Shown in pieces: positions 63,701 to 64,000 of a DNA stretch of 64,000 nt; position 1 is the stretch's first letter, and each line of letters opens with the position of its first letter. The DNA is from an uncultured Bacteroidota bacterium (GTDB lineage Bacteria > Bacteroidota > Bacteroidia > Chitinophagales > Chitinophagaceae): assembly GCA_903912435.1 (NCBI GenBank), contig CAIWHI010000271.1, forward strand, positions 23,327-87,326, written 5' to 3'. The translations under genes were made by a program, and so were the position numbers. The notes beneath the pieces were generated by a model, which saw nothing but the letters and a program-made list of their open reading frames with translations, made no database searches and was not told the origin of the DNA.

Positions 63701-64000
63701 TGGCTGTTAGAGTAGCTACATTGGCAGATAATCCAGCGGTAGTTTGATAAAGTGCAGCTGCATTAGCTACCGCGTTTGAGTATGCTGTAGCTGCTGAACC
63801 TAGTGGGTCAGAAGCAGCTGCAGCATTTGCATAAGCAATAGCCGCGTTACCGGTAATTTGTGTTTGAATTGTAGTAAGAGATAAACCACCAAAATTGGTT
63901 GAGTTGTTAGAAGTACCAGAAAAGCTTGTTGCATTTATAGTTACCGAAACACTATTATTACCAACAAATAGTGTAGTGGTATTTGCATTTACACCATTCG
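60771..64000 (-). CDS. long tail fibre-like protein (5' end beyond window)
   Basis: Asn/Thr-rich repeats (ANGSNGTSGQVLTS, NTAAQYTWSN, ITGNAATAYANA); frame stays open past 63626. Confidence 0.85.
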   Translation of the reverse strand, partial: NGVNANTTTLFVGNNSVSVTINATSFSGTSNNSTNFGGLSLTTIQTQITGNAAIAYANAAAASDPLGSAATAYSNAVANAAALYQTTAGLSANVATLTANNSTYLGGVVSTSYVNTSGAYTITGMHTHSNGITFSNTITANGSNGTSGQVLTSSGATGNVYWSTVTSGGVNTAAQYTFSNTITFTSSVLANTVNVTTLSVGTGVVANSSGFFTNAGFASTLNGQKITFTPLAGGSNVYFAQQNDDNFVFYTTNTTNGTRAVWSIFANSITSSFSVSTPAVFNANITIGALIANGSIGTLNQVLTSNGTGAFWSSPGAASVNTAAQYTWSNTQTFSANISFTGNNISVVNGAGSIQFNGAADTNWRIGRNTSSPTKYVYTNNTLDFLSGGSNLEGFTFGAPAVNTYLEIGSSGTFTKNPIYVGNATVNVTINSTSFSGTSNNSTNFGGLSLATIQTQITGNAATAYANAVANAAGIYQTTAGLSSNVLVLTSNAAGFLGNSSGTLANVASWITGNAATAYANAIANAASNAAGIYQTTAGLSANVLTLTANNSNYLGTIAAASYVQNTDSRVLSGNLNFTGVNNFFSSAIYIGANVYVNTTSYFVGNSTANIAIGYSTVAGDASLLQAQGNANTSTELSIANFSIAGNGSADFIAYDSLGLVSNNYIDVGINSNTFSTVAWTINGPSDAYVYSSNTNLSIGSAGNGYINFFSGGLLAANEKMRITPGGNVGIGNTAPDATLKVTGTANVSGNVVIGGSLNAANVTASLFTGNVTGTASNATNLNSQPGSYYTNATNITTGTLPFAQLPANVVNTSAAFTITGMYTFSNGITFSNTITANGSNGTAGYVLTSSGATGNVYWAAASAGVNTAAQYSWSNTQTFSSNVTFSSFILGNNIQASNGFISLGSYNNTFSHGIVMDYVTGMGRISVGPADGITFYNGNVATTATMTISNTGNVGIGNTVPATMLQIGGNYGVIAQTIASTNAISVNCASGNYFIATANGSATTITFTSVPANTVYAMVIRLANGGVNTFTWSSSPKWPSGSAPTVSSNTDIFTFVTENGGTTWYGVQSMIDVR

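Overview
64 kb segment of a large T4-like (myovirus) phage genome, almost entirely on the minus strand. The host is probably an alphaproteobacterium, inferred from a phage-encoded Omp25/RopB-like beta-barrel. From left to right: (1) about 0-11 kb, a tRNA array of roughly 23 tRNA genes, plus fragmented, chimeric and topologically rewired tRNAs, three homing endonucleases and structured spacer RNAs; (2) about 7.6-14.9 kb, early accessory genes (SWIM finger, GNAT, ATE/Bpt-like transferase, SPFH, HExxH protease, and an ArfA-like ORF with an internal terminator); (3) regA-gp62-gp44-gp45; (4) a thymidine-hypermodification-type cluster (TS/dUMP hydroxymethylase, dCMP deaminase, two aGPT-Pplase2-like genes, a PLP enzyme, a C5-MTase-like gene); (5) gp46-gp47-gp55-uvsW-uvsY; (6) head, tail and neck genes gp3, 23, 22, 21, 20 (with intein), 19, 18, 17 (fractured by an atypically split intein and a free-standing endonuclease), 16, 15, 14, 13; (7) tail fibres, an RCC1-repeat protein and a GT9-methyltransferase fusion. 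All calls come from manual motif recognition; no searches were run, and several starts were adjusted by eye using RBS position.
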